Shown here one piece after another: positions 27,126 to 40,632 of a DNA stretch of 64,000 nucleotides (its first letter is position 1; each line of letters opens with the position of its first letter). A program made the translations under genes and the position numbers. The stretch lies in the NCBI RefSeq assembly GCF_009914755.1, contig NC_060944.1; one strand, written 5' to 3'. Origin of the DNA: the human T2T-CHM13v2.0 reference genome, Homo sapiens. The notes under the pieces were generated by a model. That model saw only the letters and a list, made by a program, of their open reading frames with translations. It had not been told where the DNA came from and searched no databases.

Positions 27126-30100
27126 AACTAAGTACACAATCATAAGGCAGTTTCAGCATCATCAATACAAGTTTATTACACTTTATTGATCATGATGAAT
27201 ATAGGCAGATTCTCTGCCCAGCTTCCCTCTTCAGTGTGCACTTGCAGCTCCTGAGCAGTATTTCACACCTCAGCAATTATCTTATTATCATTACAGCCTC
27301 ACATCCTTCCTGCCCCGATTAGTCCCACAGGCCTGTTCTTTACCTGCTCAATTATCCAGCTCTTAGCTCTGCTCAGACATATTTTCAGTGTCTTTTTATC
27401 TCCACCTTCCAGATTTTCTGCTCTTCTGGGGCCATCCTTTTTATTTTTTCTAAAAAAGTTAGTATCTGTTATTTATAACCCACCCTCCTGACAATTTCAG
27501 GATGTTTTTTCTTTGCAATGATGAAAGCTTAGATTAGGATTTTGAGGAGCATCATTTTTTACCCTTCTTAAAAACTATCTCTGGGAACATTTTTCTCTGA
27601 ATGAGTTTGCTCTTCAAGCATCTAAGTCAGGCCTCAGTGTCCATTAACTTGTTTTCTACAAAGAAGATTGCCTTTTATAAATCACTAATTATATTACTTG
27701 TCATGTCATTGCTATTTATGTTTCTTGTTTTTGTTTTTGTTCTTGATTTTGGGCAGTCCTCTTCTGCTGAAGTGTATAAAGCATTATTTTACCTTGAGAG
27801 TCAGGTGCATGACAGGTGACAATTAGACATTCTTTATCCCCTACTGAGGCGGGTGAGGAGGGTCATCCCACTGCACTGACTCGCATTGAACTCATTTCCT
27901 TGGGAACTTCAGGGCAAGACTAGACAGTGTTTTCCAAAGGTGAGATGGGGAAAGCATGAGAGAAGGAGGTTAGGAATGGAAGTGGTATCTGTGTGGATGG
28001 GGACACTTGGCTGCCAGCAACTTGTATAACACAGGGTTATGGAATTCTGCCTCACCCAGTGATGCAGTGACTTTGTAATTTTGGCCCACAGAGCTTGATC
28101 ATGGAGTCTTGAAGTTAGACAGGAAATTGGAACTCCTGCCAAGCCCTGGATTTTTGCAGCCTCTCTAGAACTATCTGCCAGGAGGCTGGCCAATCAGCTC
28201 TTGTTTGAGCCCTTTCAGGTGGCCTTGGACCTTTGATGTGTTGGAAACAGAGTGTGTCAGAACAGGCCAACAGCAAGGACATGGTATTGATTGATATTCA
28301 GAAAAGCAGGGAACCCCCATTGCCCAATACAAGGGAAAAGAGGTGAGGAGGGAAAGACTGGGGGTGAGGCTTCAGGTCGGGGGCTGGAGGTTGAAGAAGT
28401 TAATGCATGGGTGTCTTGACTCCATAGCGAATTCAGAGTCAGAGTTGACCACTAAGAATTAATTGAGCCTAGTTAGTAGGAGGCTAGAGGGATAAAAATA
28501 AATATTTAAAAATAAAAGAGAAATCTGCATAAGAAAAGACAGAAAAATTAACAGATAGCTTTAGAGACCCAGCTGAAGTTGGGGGTGATTTTGTGGCTCT
28601 AATTTGTACAGTTATGGGGTTTTCTCCAAAATTAGTGACCATAACCCAGGGTAGGAATTTTTTAGGGGCAGAAGGAAAATAGTACAAAGGGAATCAAAAG
28701 TGCTTATGATTTATTAATTTAAATGATTGACAATTCAGTATAGTCTAGGTAAGAAAAGAAGAAAAGTCCTGGAGCATTTGAAGATGGAAAACCCAAGATA
28801 GCAAGTAACCAGGTACCTCAACGAGATCACAAAAAAATTGTACAAGAATGTGAGAAAGAAAAAGCCAGGAAGATAGATGCTTCTTCAAAGGGCAGTACAT
28901 TGGGTTTGTGATATCTTAAGTGGAGCCATGCTGAGTGAGAACACGTCATGTTTTTTATTTGTGCTATTCAGTGTAAATACATTTGGCCCCATTTTTTCAA
29001 AAGAATAACATTCCCAATTGTTTTTTAGTTTATTTATTTTGCCTTTTGAAAATTGTCTTTCCAACACTCTTTGATATCTATTTGGAAAAGTGCTACCCAC
29101 CTAAGTGTTAGAAATCACATATATAGGAAATAGTAACAATAAAAACAATAATGACATCTGGGTGAAATGATTCCCTACCCTGAAAGGAATTTTGAAGTGG
29201 TTACTTCCTGCCGAAGAAGGGTAGGGGAGACATATACTGGAGCACATGCCACCTCACGCTTGGTACAGTAGGGACAACATGACAGCAGTTAAATGAAGAC
29301 AAGCAAACTCTGGTCCCTATTCATCAAGATCAAAAACAAAAATGAAACCCTGGCACCCCAGCCCTCCACGCAGTGTCCCCTCCCATCTGTCCAAGTCAGA
29401 CTACGTGCTGACTAGAAGCCAGGACTGGCCATCTTCAAGCCCTTCCATTCTATGATCTGAAGCTTGGAGCTGGCTCCTGCATTGCACCAAAGGCTCTCTT
29501 GATCTGACCCCTCGGTCACCACGAGGAGTGCAGCTGCTGGAAAGCATTGTTTCTTTGCTCATCCACCTCAGAGCAGATTCACCTGATGGGCTCAGCCTTT
29601 CCTATCTTTTGCTTTTGTTTCATTTCCTTTTCCTCCATAGTTCATGTTCCTTGAGAATTTACCAAACTTTCTAGAGCCTATTTCTGGACAATCTAAATTA
29701 ATTTGCACCCAGCCCTGCACCCAAGAAAACCCCACCATTCTTGTCAAACTCCAGCCAGCCTCAAAAAGCAAGTCTAGACTGCTGGGTGTGATTCTTTTCT
29801 GCTGAGAGTAAATTCGTTCCCCACACAAGCACAGTTGCAGTCTGGCCAGAGTCTTTTTGCTGAAAACCTGATTCTGAATAGGCATTGGCTCTTAAGCCCA
29901 GCCATCAGTTTCACCGGATCCAGTCATCTTGATGTAAAGATCAATTTCAGAGCACACTTGTGAACCGTGCTGCTGTGAAGCTTCCTGAAAATGTACACAC
30001 ACCTCTTTTTAATTTGTTGGTGATGGCCTGGATAAAGACTAGAAGATAACTAGTATTTTCCCGAAGTTTTACCTGATCCAGGATTTTAAGAACAATTCCC

Positions 30101-30199
30101 AGATGTTCTAGAGCACTTGTCACAGCCCTGGAGCCACAGCCATGGTCCTTCACAGAGGAAACAAACACAGCTGCTCAGAGACTGTGGCTGGTTCCCCTG

Positions 30200-32700
30200 G
30201 TTTCAGTGGTCATGTTGCCTCAGACATTCTTCAATCTTCTCAGCATTACTTCTTGCCTCAGCTGCTCACGTGACCACAGTCTTCAACTGACGACACACGT
30301 GCACGCTTGAGCTGGGTCAAGTGCCTCTCACTTCCTCCCTCAGCCCCCAGGTTCTCTGACCCAGCTGCATGGAATGTACAGGATGTACAGGACGCCCACT
30401 AGACCCTCAGCACGTGCAATGCAGAAGTGCTGGGGTGTGTTCCAGTCACTACAGCTGCGTAACAATTATCTCAAAGCATAGTAGCTTAAAATAACCATGT
30501 TCATTATGTTTAAGAGCCTGAAGTCTAGCAGCTGATGCAGCAGTTGGCTGGGACCTCAGCTGGGGATGCCTCTCAGAACACCTGCACCTGAGCTCTACAT
30601 GGTTGGGCTTCCTCACAGCATGGCAGCTGGGTTCCCAGGGTGGGGAGAGAAAGAGAGGAAGACATACACCTTTTATGAACTGGCCTCACAAGCCATGCAG
30701 CATCATTTCCACAGAATTCTATTGGTCAAAGCAGCCACAACGTCCCACCGAGTTTTGAGGGAGGGAACATAGGCCCCACATCTTGATGGGGAGTAGCAAG
30801 GTTTCGAAAGAGCGAGTGGACCCAGAAATTTTGCTGTGTCACTTTTAGAAAATAAAATCTACCACAGGTAGTTAACACATGATGAAGTAAACCTTGATCA
30901 ATGGGGAGCAAAAGCAATGGAAAATCTTTTTCCTTGCCTTCTCCTGGAAGGCTGTCCTGAGAAAGAGATTTGGCAGCATCCACCCACAGTAGTAGTTACC
31001 CCCTGCATGATGAGTCATGGCCAATACTTCTGACACTCCATTCTAAGGTCATACTTCCAGATAAACTATTCACACATAAGGCTTTGTCCCAGACATTGCT
31101 TTTGGGGAATCATAAGCTCAGGCAGTTAGTACCGGGTGTGTCCCTGGTGAGCAGTCTTGGGATTAGTTTTTAAGGCTGGGTAAGTCACCACCCAGGCATC
31201 ACTAAGGATCCTGCTCATAGTTATTGGCTGTGATAACATTGGCACAGGCAGCATCATTTAGTAAGGCTGTGGCTGATTGACATGAGGTACAGATTGAAGG
31301 TTCAGAGCAATGGGTTTGCTTGTTAGGAGGGTGGGTAAGCAGTGTGGGGTAGTGGTAAAGGTAAAATTTGGGTAGTCAGTTGGCTTTTTGAAACTGAATT
31401 AGGAGCCTTGGAAGAGGTAGGCTCAGATACCCCAACTGTCAACTCCAGGCATGTCTGAAGGACTGAAGGCTCATCCCCTGAAGCTGCAAGGTACACACCC
31501 CCATATTTTTCCTGGGTTAAAGGTCGGGACCCTCATAGAGATGAATAGGAACTGGAAACACAGAATAAAAACTTGATGTGAATGAGCCTGGAAATCTGAC
31601 CTCTAGAGCTCCCTGAATCCTTCATGCTGGTAGATGAAGTCCACAGCTCTGACGGAAGGGAACAGCCTCTCCTTGTGTGGCAGTGGAGAGGGGAGGACTT
31701 GTCAATATGCAGTCCTCATCCATGGACTGGAACTGAACTTCAGTCAGGGACGCTGGAGTTAGTCCTGGCCCTGTGTTGGGACAGCTCATTGAATCTCAGG
31801 CACCAGGACATGCATGGGTGAGGCGGAGGTGTTGAAACTGCGCTGGCATGGAAGCGAGGAAGGCTTTAGACTCCTAGGGAAGCCCAGAGAGCACTCCCTC
31901 CACTGAGCAGCAGGGGAGCCCGAGAGCAGACACTGGCGTGGCACTGGCTGTCCTCGGAAGCTGGGGTCAATGGAGAGAGACGCTGCTGAGGGCCAGTGGA
32001 AGGGTTTGTGTAGTAGCCAAGGCCAGAAGCGAGTAGGGAATGATTTATCATAATGGGCAGCGAAGCCAGAAAGACAACCAGGTATGCTGATCAGCAAAGA
32101 TCTGTGGCGACAGCTCACAGGGGATAGAACGGAAATTAACTCACTGTTTCCTCACTGATCAGTTCACAGACCCAGAGTCCAGCATGGCCAAGGGAAGGAC
32201 AGATCCCTTAAGGCAGGATCTGCAAAGCCTCCCCAGCGTAGGTGGTGGCTACCCCTGCAGTCCATCCGCACTGTGCCGTGGTGTTTTAAGGACTGTTGCC
32301 CATCAGACACCTGAGATGTCATCACGTCCCTCTGACTGGAGGGGAGGCTCACGGAGGTCAGGTGACAAGTGGATACCCGTCTGGAGCTCACCCCACACAG
32401 GGCCCGCTAGCTGCAGCCACTTCCCTGACCCCAGAATGAAGGATGATGTTGAGTATACTCAGCAGCTGACAGAACCTCATATCCATCCCCTGTCCTGTGA
32501 AGGAAGAATCATAATGAAATGGAAACCCCAAAACCACCGCCAGGCCCTCATTTGGCACCAAAGTGAATCAGAATTTAAATCATATTCTGGGGGGCGTAAA
32601 AAATGATGTGAGAGAAGCAGGAAGCAGGAGGAGGGAGACACTGGACTGTGATACTTTAGCACTGAGGCCTCAGCCAACACAGGGTCCTGTGTCTTCCATG
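30200..32700 (+). mobile_element. LTR16-like LTR with ERVL internal (gag-region) remnant
   Basis: LTR16-like 3' end 'cttccagataaactattcacacataaggctttgtcccagacattgcttttggggaatcataagctcaggca' followed by decayed ERVL-like internal sequence. Confidence 0.55.
30436..30866 (-). mobile_element. MLT1F-like MaLR LTR
   Basis: 'gttggctgggacctcagctgggg...gggcttcctcacagcatggcagctgggttcc...tttagaaaataaaatctaccaca'. Confidence 0.8.
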
Positions 32701-35467
32701 GAGGCAAAGGGCCCCAGCCTCAAACTCTGCCTCCAGGAGGCAGGGCATGCAGGACTCCCACAGAGAGAGGCCTGGCCTTGAGCAAGGCAGCTCCGCTGGC
32801 CTGAAGGCAGTCCCAGAAGTCCTCAGCTATAAGCCGTGGGCAGCCACCTGTCCAGCTGCTGGGCCTGCGTCCGGAAGAAGGTCTGAGTGACATCCAGCAT
32901 CCAGGATTCCTGAAAAATGCCCAGAATTCCCCAGGGAGATGGAAGCAGGTGGACATTGGCTCTAACCCTGGTTGTAGGGTCCATGGCAACTTGATCCTGT
33001 TGGGCTTCCAGAATGGACTAGAGCGTGATGTGCATTGAAACTGCGATCTGTTTTGGTGTTCATTAAATGGTAACTCTTCTTTACTAATGTTTTCACTATT
33101 ATAACTCATATAGAAACCTCTAGTGGAGGGACAAGGAACCTGGAGCAGGCTCTCATCTTCTGCAGCAGCCAGGGCCAGGTAAAGCACCTGGGCTGCAGAT
33201 GTGGCTGAGAAGTGGGCTCCCAGCTCCCTCCTGCTGGATCTTTCTGGAAACACAGAAACATGTTTCTCACACACACATTCTTCCTCTCTTTTTACTTTTA
33301 CTTTGATTCATTCTGTCAAAAACTGGCAAGAAAAAGGAACATGAAAACAGCTTGAGTTGTGTGATGTACCAGGGTGCCTGTTAAGAGCTGTTGGGGGTCT
33401 TTTCTTTCCCAATGCCTTTCCCAAATCTGAGAAGAGGGTCTGCAAACCGTGTCTGTGACTGGCTATACTGGAGGACTTGGGCTCTGACAGCTGCTGTGTG
33501 GGGTCTGCGGTCCTTTCTCAGAGCAGAACATCCTGACAAGGCTTGATGGGGTCCCCTGTCTAACACTTGCACCCGTTCTTCATCCTGCTCTCTCTTTGTC
33601 ACTCCTTCCTTCCTTGAGTCTCACAGCAAATTGCATTGCACATGTATAGGGTATGTCCATGCAGCCCCCCTCACTCTCACCATTACACATCACAGTCTTT
33701 CTCCTGGGTGAGGTCCAGGGCAGCCCAGAAGTTTCAAAGGAGCTAACTCTGCTGACAGTCCTCAGGCAGTGACAGTGGGGAGAGGCGGGTCAACTCTGAG
33801 GCTGTTCCAGGCTGTTTCCCAGGAGCACAATGGGAATGAGGCTGGCTGCCACTGTGATAACCCTGTGAGCATGCTCTATTGCCCTCCTACCCTTCCCTGG
33901 CTCACCCAACCCCATGCCTGTGCTCCCTGGTAGCAGCTCCCGAAGATGTCTCCAGCCTCACATCCTCATATTAGACCAAACCAAGACAGTTATGTTTGGG
34001 ACAAATTGACGCATGGATATTAGCGTTAATTTCAAGGAGCCTGAAGTGTAAGAAGCAGGTAAGAAGGCACAAATGCATCTATAATGTCAAATAAACCCTG
34101 ATTAAAAGTCGGAGTCGAAAAAAAAGACAGAATCCCCACAATTGTAGTTATCTGGGATTTTTCAAACCAGAAAAAAAAAACTAAACACCATAAATTGATG
34201 GAGTCTGTCTTACGAACTTATAATAATGCTCACCGTGTGTACCAAGACACCATAGTTTTCACAACAATTTCACACTTTCAAATGATTTGGATCTTCACAA
34301 AAGCTTGGACAGTTAGGGTGGATGTTATGTAGCCCATTTCACAGATGAAGAAATGGAGAACCAAAGTTGCAAAGAAAGATGGAGGCCCAGCCAGATCTGG
34401 ACCCCACAGGCCGTCTCCCCACACAGCCATTCACGTGGTCTACTTCCAGCTACCTCCTCCAAGAAAATAGCCCATCCCCCCAAGATAACACCTTCTCAAA
34501 AACTTTACAGCTTTGTGTCTACACTGATATTTAGGCATTTTCTTTCTTTTTTTTTTTATGATTAACACATCTAATTCAAGAATATCTTGGCAGGATATTC
34601 CCCGCTTAGGAAATGCAGGGACTCATGTTCCCCACCCAGAGCCTGGTCCTGCTGCTTCTGGTGCATTGGCAAACAAAGAGGCTCATTCCCTGTTGGTCCT
34701 GCACTGCCTACGCCTGCTTCCCTATCATGTAGGTCCAGGCGTGGTCTTTTTGGAATCCCACCTCTTCCACCCTTTCTCCTCCTTGCCCTACTCTGCAAAC
34801 CCCCCCTTCTTTTATTTCTTAAAGTAGCACTAACACTATGCAGAAATACGTGACATTGGAGGTAATGGAAGTGGGTTAGACTACATACAGAACAGGAAAA
34901 TAATAGAACGTGTGCACCAGGATCACCGTTACATAAAATTCCTCAACTCTGCAAGCCGTGGGGATTTTCCAGGCTTCGAGGTTCAGAGGCATGCCTTCCC
35001 ACGGGTTGGCCCCACTTCTTTTGCTAAAGCCCTCTTCTGCCTCCTGCAAACCTTTTCTTCTCAAGCTGCTTGGAGACCATTTTCAATTTAACATAATTTT
35101 CTTTTTCACAGCAAATTACTTCTGTGTGTGTCTCACTTTTCTCCCTCCTGCAGGCACCCACACACTCTTTCCTGTTACAGCGTCAAACAGCTCTGCAGGG
35201 GCTCTCTAAATGCAAAGAGAGGTGCTCTTGCCAAGAGGAGACCTGCAGTCCTTCATGACTGTTCACACTGCAAGCAGCTTTCCAGAGGCAAGTGTGGGCT
35301 GCACAGTGCCCATCTGTTCCCTCCCAGCTGTCTCGCGCCATCAGGGTGCACGCCTGGGCCCTGGACAAACTCCCGTCCAGGCTCCAATGCTCTCTCTTCT
35401 CCTTTTCATGCCGCACTCAGGTCTTTCTGTTGTCACTTGTTGTCATCAAGGTAAGCTCTAATCTTAC

Positions 35468-35608
35468 CTTGTCTGGTATGAGTTGTCCCCACAGCTCAGG
35501 TCACAGTGGTCTTCCTTGGTTGTCTTCTTGCAGACAGGGTATACAGTTTACTGTTGGCCCTCAGAATGCCTGCCAGGCACTGGGCACCCAGAACAGGATG
35601 AAGTCAGA
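35468..35608 (-). pseudogene. Gene B 141-nt exon
   Basis: 'ttaaatttatag|' ... 'acaag|gtaaga'; the phase-1 frame reads *LHPVLGAQCLAGILRANSKLYT..., and an overlapping frame gives VCKKTTKEDH. Confidence 0.55.
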
Positions 35609-36575
35609 CTATAAATTTAAACCCGAGTGGAGGGCTGAGTTTCCAAAGAGCACGCTGCATGGCATTCCACATGTTTTCTCATAAGCCACTGGCTACCATT
35701 ATCCACAGTGTTTTGGAAATTTCGGCAAGAGGTTTTACCTTAATTTCTGCAATAATCTTTTATACCAAAAAATTTTGAAATCCCATTTTCTCTCCTCCCT
35801 TTACCGTTGGAAAGAATGTGAACTCTCTAGGATCCCTGTGAAAAATAATGATACAACACCCCTAACCCCAGACATGGAGCACATTTCCCATGCATACGAC
35901 ACTTAGGGGCAGATTGGAAAAATAATAACCAAAATTCCTTCAGGAAAACATCAAAGCCTCCAAAAGCAAAACATACATTTTAATCTCTGCTAGCAACGTC
36001 ACCAGTTCTCTGCTGTCCAAATTTATAACGTTGGGGCAACAACACGCATAATACAACCACCCAATCCTCTAGGTTCTCTCTACTGTGCTAATATAATAAT
36101 AGAAATTGTTTGATCTGGTAGAAAAAGGGAGGTGAGGATTTTCTCACTCAGCCATTCTGAACACTGCACATCTCCAAAGGAAGCAAAGCAACATCCTACT
36201 CTCATGCCATTAAACCCCAAGCAAGGGAAGCCCAGGGAGCTTGTGGCAGGAGCTCCTCATGGGTGGAGACACATGCAACAGGAACCACTGCAGCAGACCC
36301 ATCCACAACCCCAGAGCATCTCTCTTTTCTCATTTTTTATATACTGAGATCACACATATGGCATTCATGAGCCTCAATGTCCCAAGTGTAAAGAATATAT
36401 CTGTATTTGTATCTATCCATCCATCAATAATGAGCATTATGTATTCTATTTATTTGTGACAGTTTTACTTGAAACTATTCCTGTGAGCACTGAGTTGTGG
36501 CATCACTAAGCCAAACGATAAGGAGAATGTTTTACCCAAAGCTTGCAGAAAGGGCTGCTACATTGTTAGTCTTAC

Positions 36576-37659
36576 CTTGGGGGTCTTCAAGATGTTGGAA
36601 AAGGACAGATAGATCGTTGGGGTTTTCAAGGTAGCAGATGGCACCTGTTGAGGGAGCACTAACTAGGGGCCTTGAAGGGGCAGGTGACAATTGGTAATTG
36701 GAGGCTTTTGTGTGCGTCTGTTTCTGCAGGCACTGTGCACAGGGGTGAATGTGTGTCTCCAGGGAGAGGTTGGAACAGGATTATGTTCTCAGGGGGAAGT
36801 TCCAGTAGAGGCTGAAAATGTTCACATACAGAAAAGAAGGTGATGCCCAAGTGGAAATAAGGTACACTGGGATGGTGACCCAGGGCCACAGGCAGAGGCT
36901 GTGGTCGCCGAACATTTCAAAACTGCTTCTTTTGTGTTGCTCGTTTATGCATTCTTGGAGATAGCCTGCTTTTCTTTTCATCTTAGGACCCTCTGGTCCT
37001 TGGTGGTTGGAACAGGATCAGTAGGATCTAGCATTGCTGATGTTCCTGATGGTTGCTCTGAGGGACATTTGTAATCTGGTTATTTGCTGTATCTATTGAT
37101 CGATGGCTTCTCTGACTATGTGCAATCTCCCTAGCACTAATAATTTTAAGGACTCCTTTTGATGGATCAGTGCCTCTCAGAGTCATTAGGTCACCCAGTG
37201 ATACACTGTCTGTGTGTGGGGTATCCTTAAAGACATGTTTTAACTCTCTTCTAGTAGAGGTCTCTATTAAGGAATTTGGGTTGTTTTGGGAGGTCAATTC
37301 AGAGTCATAGAAATGGGAGGAAAATAGGGGAAATGTTGCAATATGACACAATTTAGAAGGCAGCTCCCTGGGGCTGGTCTTGAGTTTTTCTATCAACGTG
37401 CTCCCACGATGAAGATGGATACCAAGGAACCAATGTTTCTACCCAAGGCCCTGTGGCCAAGGCTCTGGGTCTTGTCTATGTCATTGCACAACTGGAGGGA
37501 GAACAAGGTCAGCAGGTGAGTGTTGGCACAGGATTTTGAATGTGCCCACACATCCAAGTTCTTGTGTTGAGCAACTGAAGATAGGGAAGAGACAGGAGAT
37601 CTCGTTATGTCCCAGAGCAGTTCTTTAAGATACCACATCAACACAGCCATTTTTAAAGG
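36576..37659 (-). pseudogene. Gene B large exon (1084 nt)
   Basis: Acceptor 'tctttgtattttttcaatgcag|', donor 'ccaag|gtaaga'; 88 open codons (PLKMAVLMWYLKELL...), then a shifted frame of about 260 codons with only 3 internal stops. Confidence 0.6.
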
Positions 37660-39292
37660 CTGCATTGAAAAAATACAAAGATTAGGTACAGAAATGACAA
37701 CTCAGCAACACATTGAACAATCCAGCATTCCTTTAAGACTTTTAGCCTTAGTCTGATGTTTCCTTACTCTTTGAACCTTGTACCACTGTTGGCTCCAGAA
37801 TGCAATATTCTTGTACACAGAGACATTGTTTGGCCAAGAGGAATCCTGCCTCAGTCATACCCAGTTTCTTCCCATTTGATGAATGTGAAAGGATGAAAAT
37901 AGGACATTGCAACAACCTTGCAGGAAAGTGTATCATGGCTGATGAGTGACAAATACCGTGGGCACAGGAGCAGGGGTGTGATTACACATAAGCCTGGAGT
38001 CTCCTCCATTCCTAGTGAGCAGCACTGGAGTCTGAATTGGGACACCAGGCTTTAGACTAGGTTCTGTCATTTGTAAACTGTGTGGCTTTGGGAAGGACTC
38101 ACAAACTCTGAAATCTTTCTTTTCTACCTAAAATGAGCTCTTGAATATCTCTATCAATTCTAAATGTCTCTGACTCTAATTCCATCAAGTTTGTGTCATT
38201 CTCCTTCTCGCAGTGGAAAGAGCTCTAAAAGTATCCTTATTTCCTAATGGAATCATTACCCCGAGTGTATCAAGAGCAAATTTTGAATGTCCTTTGGTTA
38301 CTAAGAAGAGTAAAACCAATGGCATCTACTTAAGGTAACTGGATCCAGAGCAAAGTTAAAAATTAGGATGGATCATTTTCTAACAGCCATTCAAAACCAT
38401 ACATGGTTAATTCAGAAACAAATATTCTGAATTCTAAATACATTAAAATTTTCAGGACACCCTGCCTGCACTGTTGGCATGGAAAACTAGCATGGAGCTT
38501 CTGGGGAAGGAAGGAAAGATTGAAAGAGAGAGAGAGAAAGAAAAAGAAGGAAAGGAGGAAGAAAGGAAATGTAGGCTGAGAGAAAAAAAATCAAACAGCT
38601 AAGCAGCTAAGCAGTAAGCCCTCTAGGGAACTGAAGAATATTCAGAGTTTATTTGATTTTCTTGCAAAGCTTGGGTGAATTCTTGGAGAATACTTCTAAT
38701 ATAGCATTGGCAAGAAGTCTCAGTTACCAACCTGCCGCATTAACACACCATCCCCTCCCAAATGACATACGGCCAGTCACATGCAAAAGAAATGCATAGA
38801 AGTGTCCATTCGGAGTGTTCCTTACAGCTGACCACATTGGTCAGTTAATGTCATAATTATTCCATGTAATGCTCCAAAATTCAGTGGCTGAAAACAATCA
38901 TTGTTATTACTCCTGCATCTGTGGGGCAACGGGGGTCTGGCTGATCTAGGTTGGGCTTGCTTCAGGGTGCTGGAGCAGGGGCTGCTTGACTGCAGATCAC
39001 ACTGTGGGTCATTTGGGGTGACTCTGCCACACATACTTCTCAGCCTTCTTGCACCAGCAGTCTGGCAGGGGCATGTTCTTCCCTGTGGCAGAGGCAGGAC
39101 GTAAGTGAAAAATGAACAAGGCCACAGAACAGGCCATTTTACCACTTCCCATTGGCTGAAGCAAGTCACATGGTGCACACGCACACTGTCACTTCAACCC
39201 ACTTCCACTAGCTAAAATGAGTCATGAGGACGAATACAAAATCCAAGAGTGAAAAATACATTCTGTTTAGCTTAGTTTAGCAGAAGAAAGTT

Positions 39293-39712
39293 CATTTATT
39301 TATTAGTTGTACAAATTTATGGGGTATATGTGGAATTTTATCACATGCATAAATTGTGTAATGGTCAAGTCAGGGCTTTTAGGGTATCCATTCCACAAAT
39401 AACATATATTGTACCCATTAACTAATTTCTCATTATCCATTAGCCTCCCATTCCCTTTGTCTTTTGAGTCTCCATTCTCTATCTGACCAAAAGAATTCTG
39501 CAGTTGTTGAGTAGAATGTTCTGTAAATATCTGTCAGTTCCATTTGGTCCGAAGGCAAACTCAAGTCCAATGTCTCTGTTGTCTTTCTGACCTGATGATC
39601 TGTCTAATGCTGTGGATGGGGTGTTGAAGCCCCCCACTAGTATTGTATAGCTGTCTACATCTCTCTTTAGGTCCAGAAGTATTTGTTTTATGAATCTGGG
39701 TGCTCCAGTGCT

Positions 39713-39768
<56 letters not shown>

Positions 39769-39887
39769 TTAGTTATATATATTTTGTTATATAGTTATAA
39801 TCTCTTGCTGAAATGACCTTGTCTTTTTTTTTTTTTTACCATTTTCGACTTAAAACCTGTTTCATCTGATACAAGTATAGCTACTCC
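39293..39887 (-). mobile_element. Internally deleted L1 (L1PB/L1MA-type 3' tip joined to the ORF2 endonuclease region) containing (TG)n(TA)n
   Basis: TSD agcagaagaaagtt (39279-39292) / agcagaagaaactt (39888-39901); 3' UTR sequence abuts 'ttctgcagttgttgagtagaatgttctgtaaatatctg...gtatagctactcc'. Confidence 0.85.
39715..39768. repeat. (TG)n(TA)n microsatellite
   Basis: Directly visible. Confidence 0.95.
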
Positions 39888-40410
39888 AGCAGAAGAAACT
39901 TTAATTCATATGACAAAAGCATGGATAAATGGATAAATGAATCAGGACCACTGATGCCATTGTTTCATTATATTACTGAATCTTCTAGGATCCTTCTGCT
40001 CTGGTCCCATATCAACCTTGATATCCTCATTTATATGTTTCCCTGGATTCCAGCCATCCACCTAAACCCCAAGTTACTGATTATTGGTCTGTTCCTGAGA
40101 CTCAGGACTGTTTCTCCTGATCTGGCACTATAGACAAGCATTTCTGGTGAGCTCAGTCTGACAACTCCCCACCCAGAGAGCTGGCATCTTCCCAGGAGCT
40201 TCCACCGCTGAAGCAAGGCTTCTCCAGCCTCTCGGTGATAGGGAATGATTGATGGCAGCTATTCTGGGACAGAAATCAAAATGCAACAGGCAGAGAAGGG
40301 ATTGATGCCACCTGCTCTCACTTATTGAATAGTAATTGCCCATCTTTTAGATGGGTTAACTTCATGTGCTTTTCATATCTGTGATGTTTCTATGGAGCTT
40401 TTTAATCTAC

Positions 40411-40632
40411 CTTGGAGGTTGCAAAAGGAGATTCTATTTCAGAAAGCAAAGTGAGGAGTTCAGGCCATCTGTCAGCGCAGGCTTCAGCAAGTAGTGTATT
40501 TGCGTGCTGACTTTGCTTCACATCCACCTCCATTTGCCTCTGCCATTTTGTCCTAGGATCATGGTTAATGCTGAAAGAAGCGTGACTCCCATCAGTCATC
40601 AGCTCTTCTCAGATAAAGCAAGGTGAAGTCAA
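40411..40632 (-). pseudogene. Gene B 222-nt exon
   Basis: 'ctcattctctag|' ... 'ccaag|gtagat'; 74 codons with one TGA: LTSPCFI*EELMTDGSHASFSINHDP...ESPFATSK. Confidence 0.5.

Larger units (their letters stand above)
38850..39960 (-). mobile_element. MLT1-type MaLR LTR interrupted by an L1
   Basis: 'ctccaaaattcagtggctgaaaacaatc...gggtctggctgatctagg...cccattggctgaagcaagtcacatgg'. Confidence 0.7.

Noticed and set aside
32830-32930. CW...GCP pattern suggesting a ZP domain
   Set aside because: Only two short motifs match, with no other ZP cysteines
35468-35608. Cys-rich frame read as a VWC or furin-like domain
   Set aside because: Cysteine spacing is incomplete, and the phase-1 reading links better with neighbouring exons
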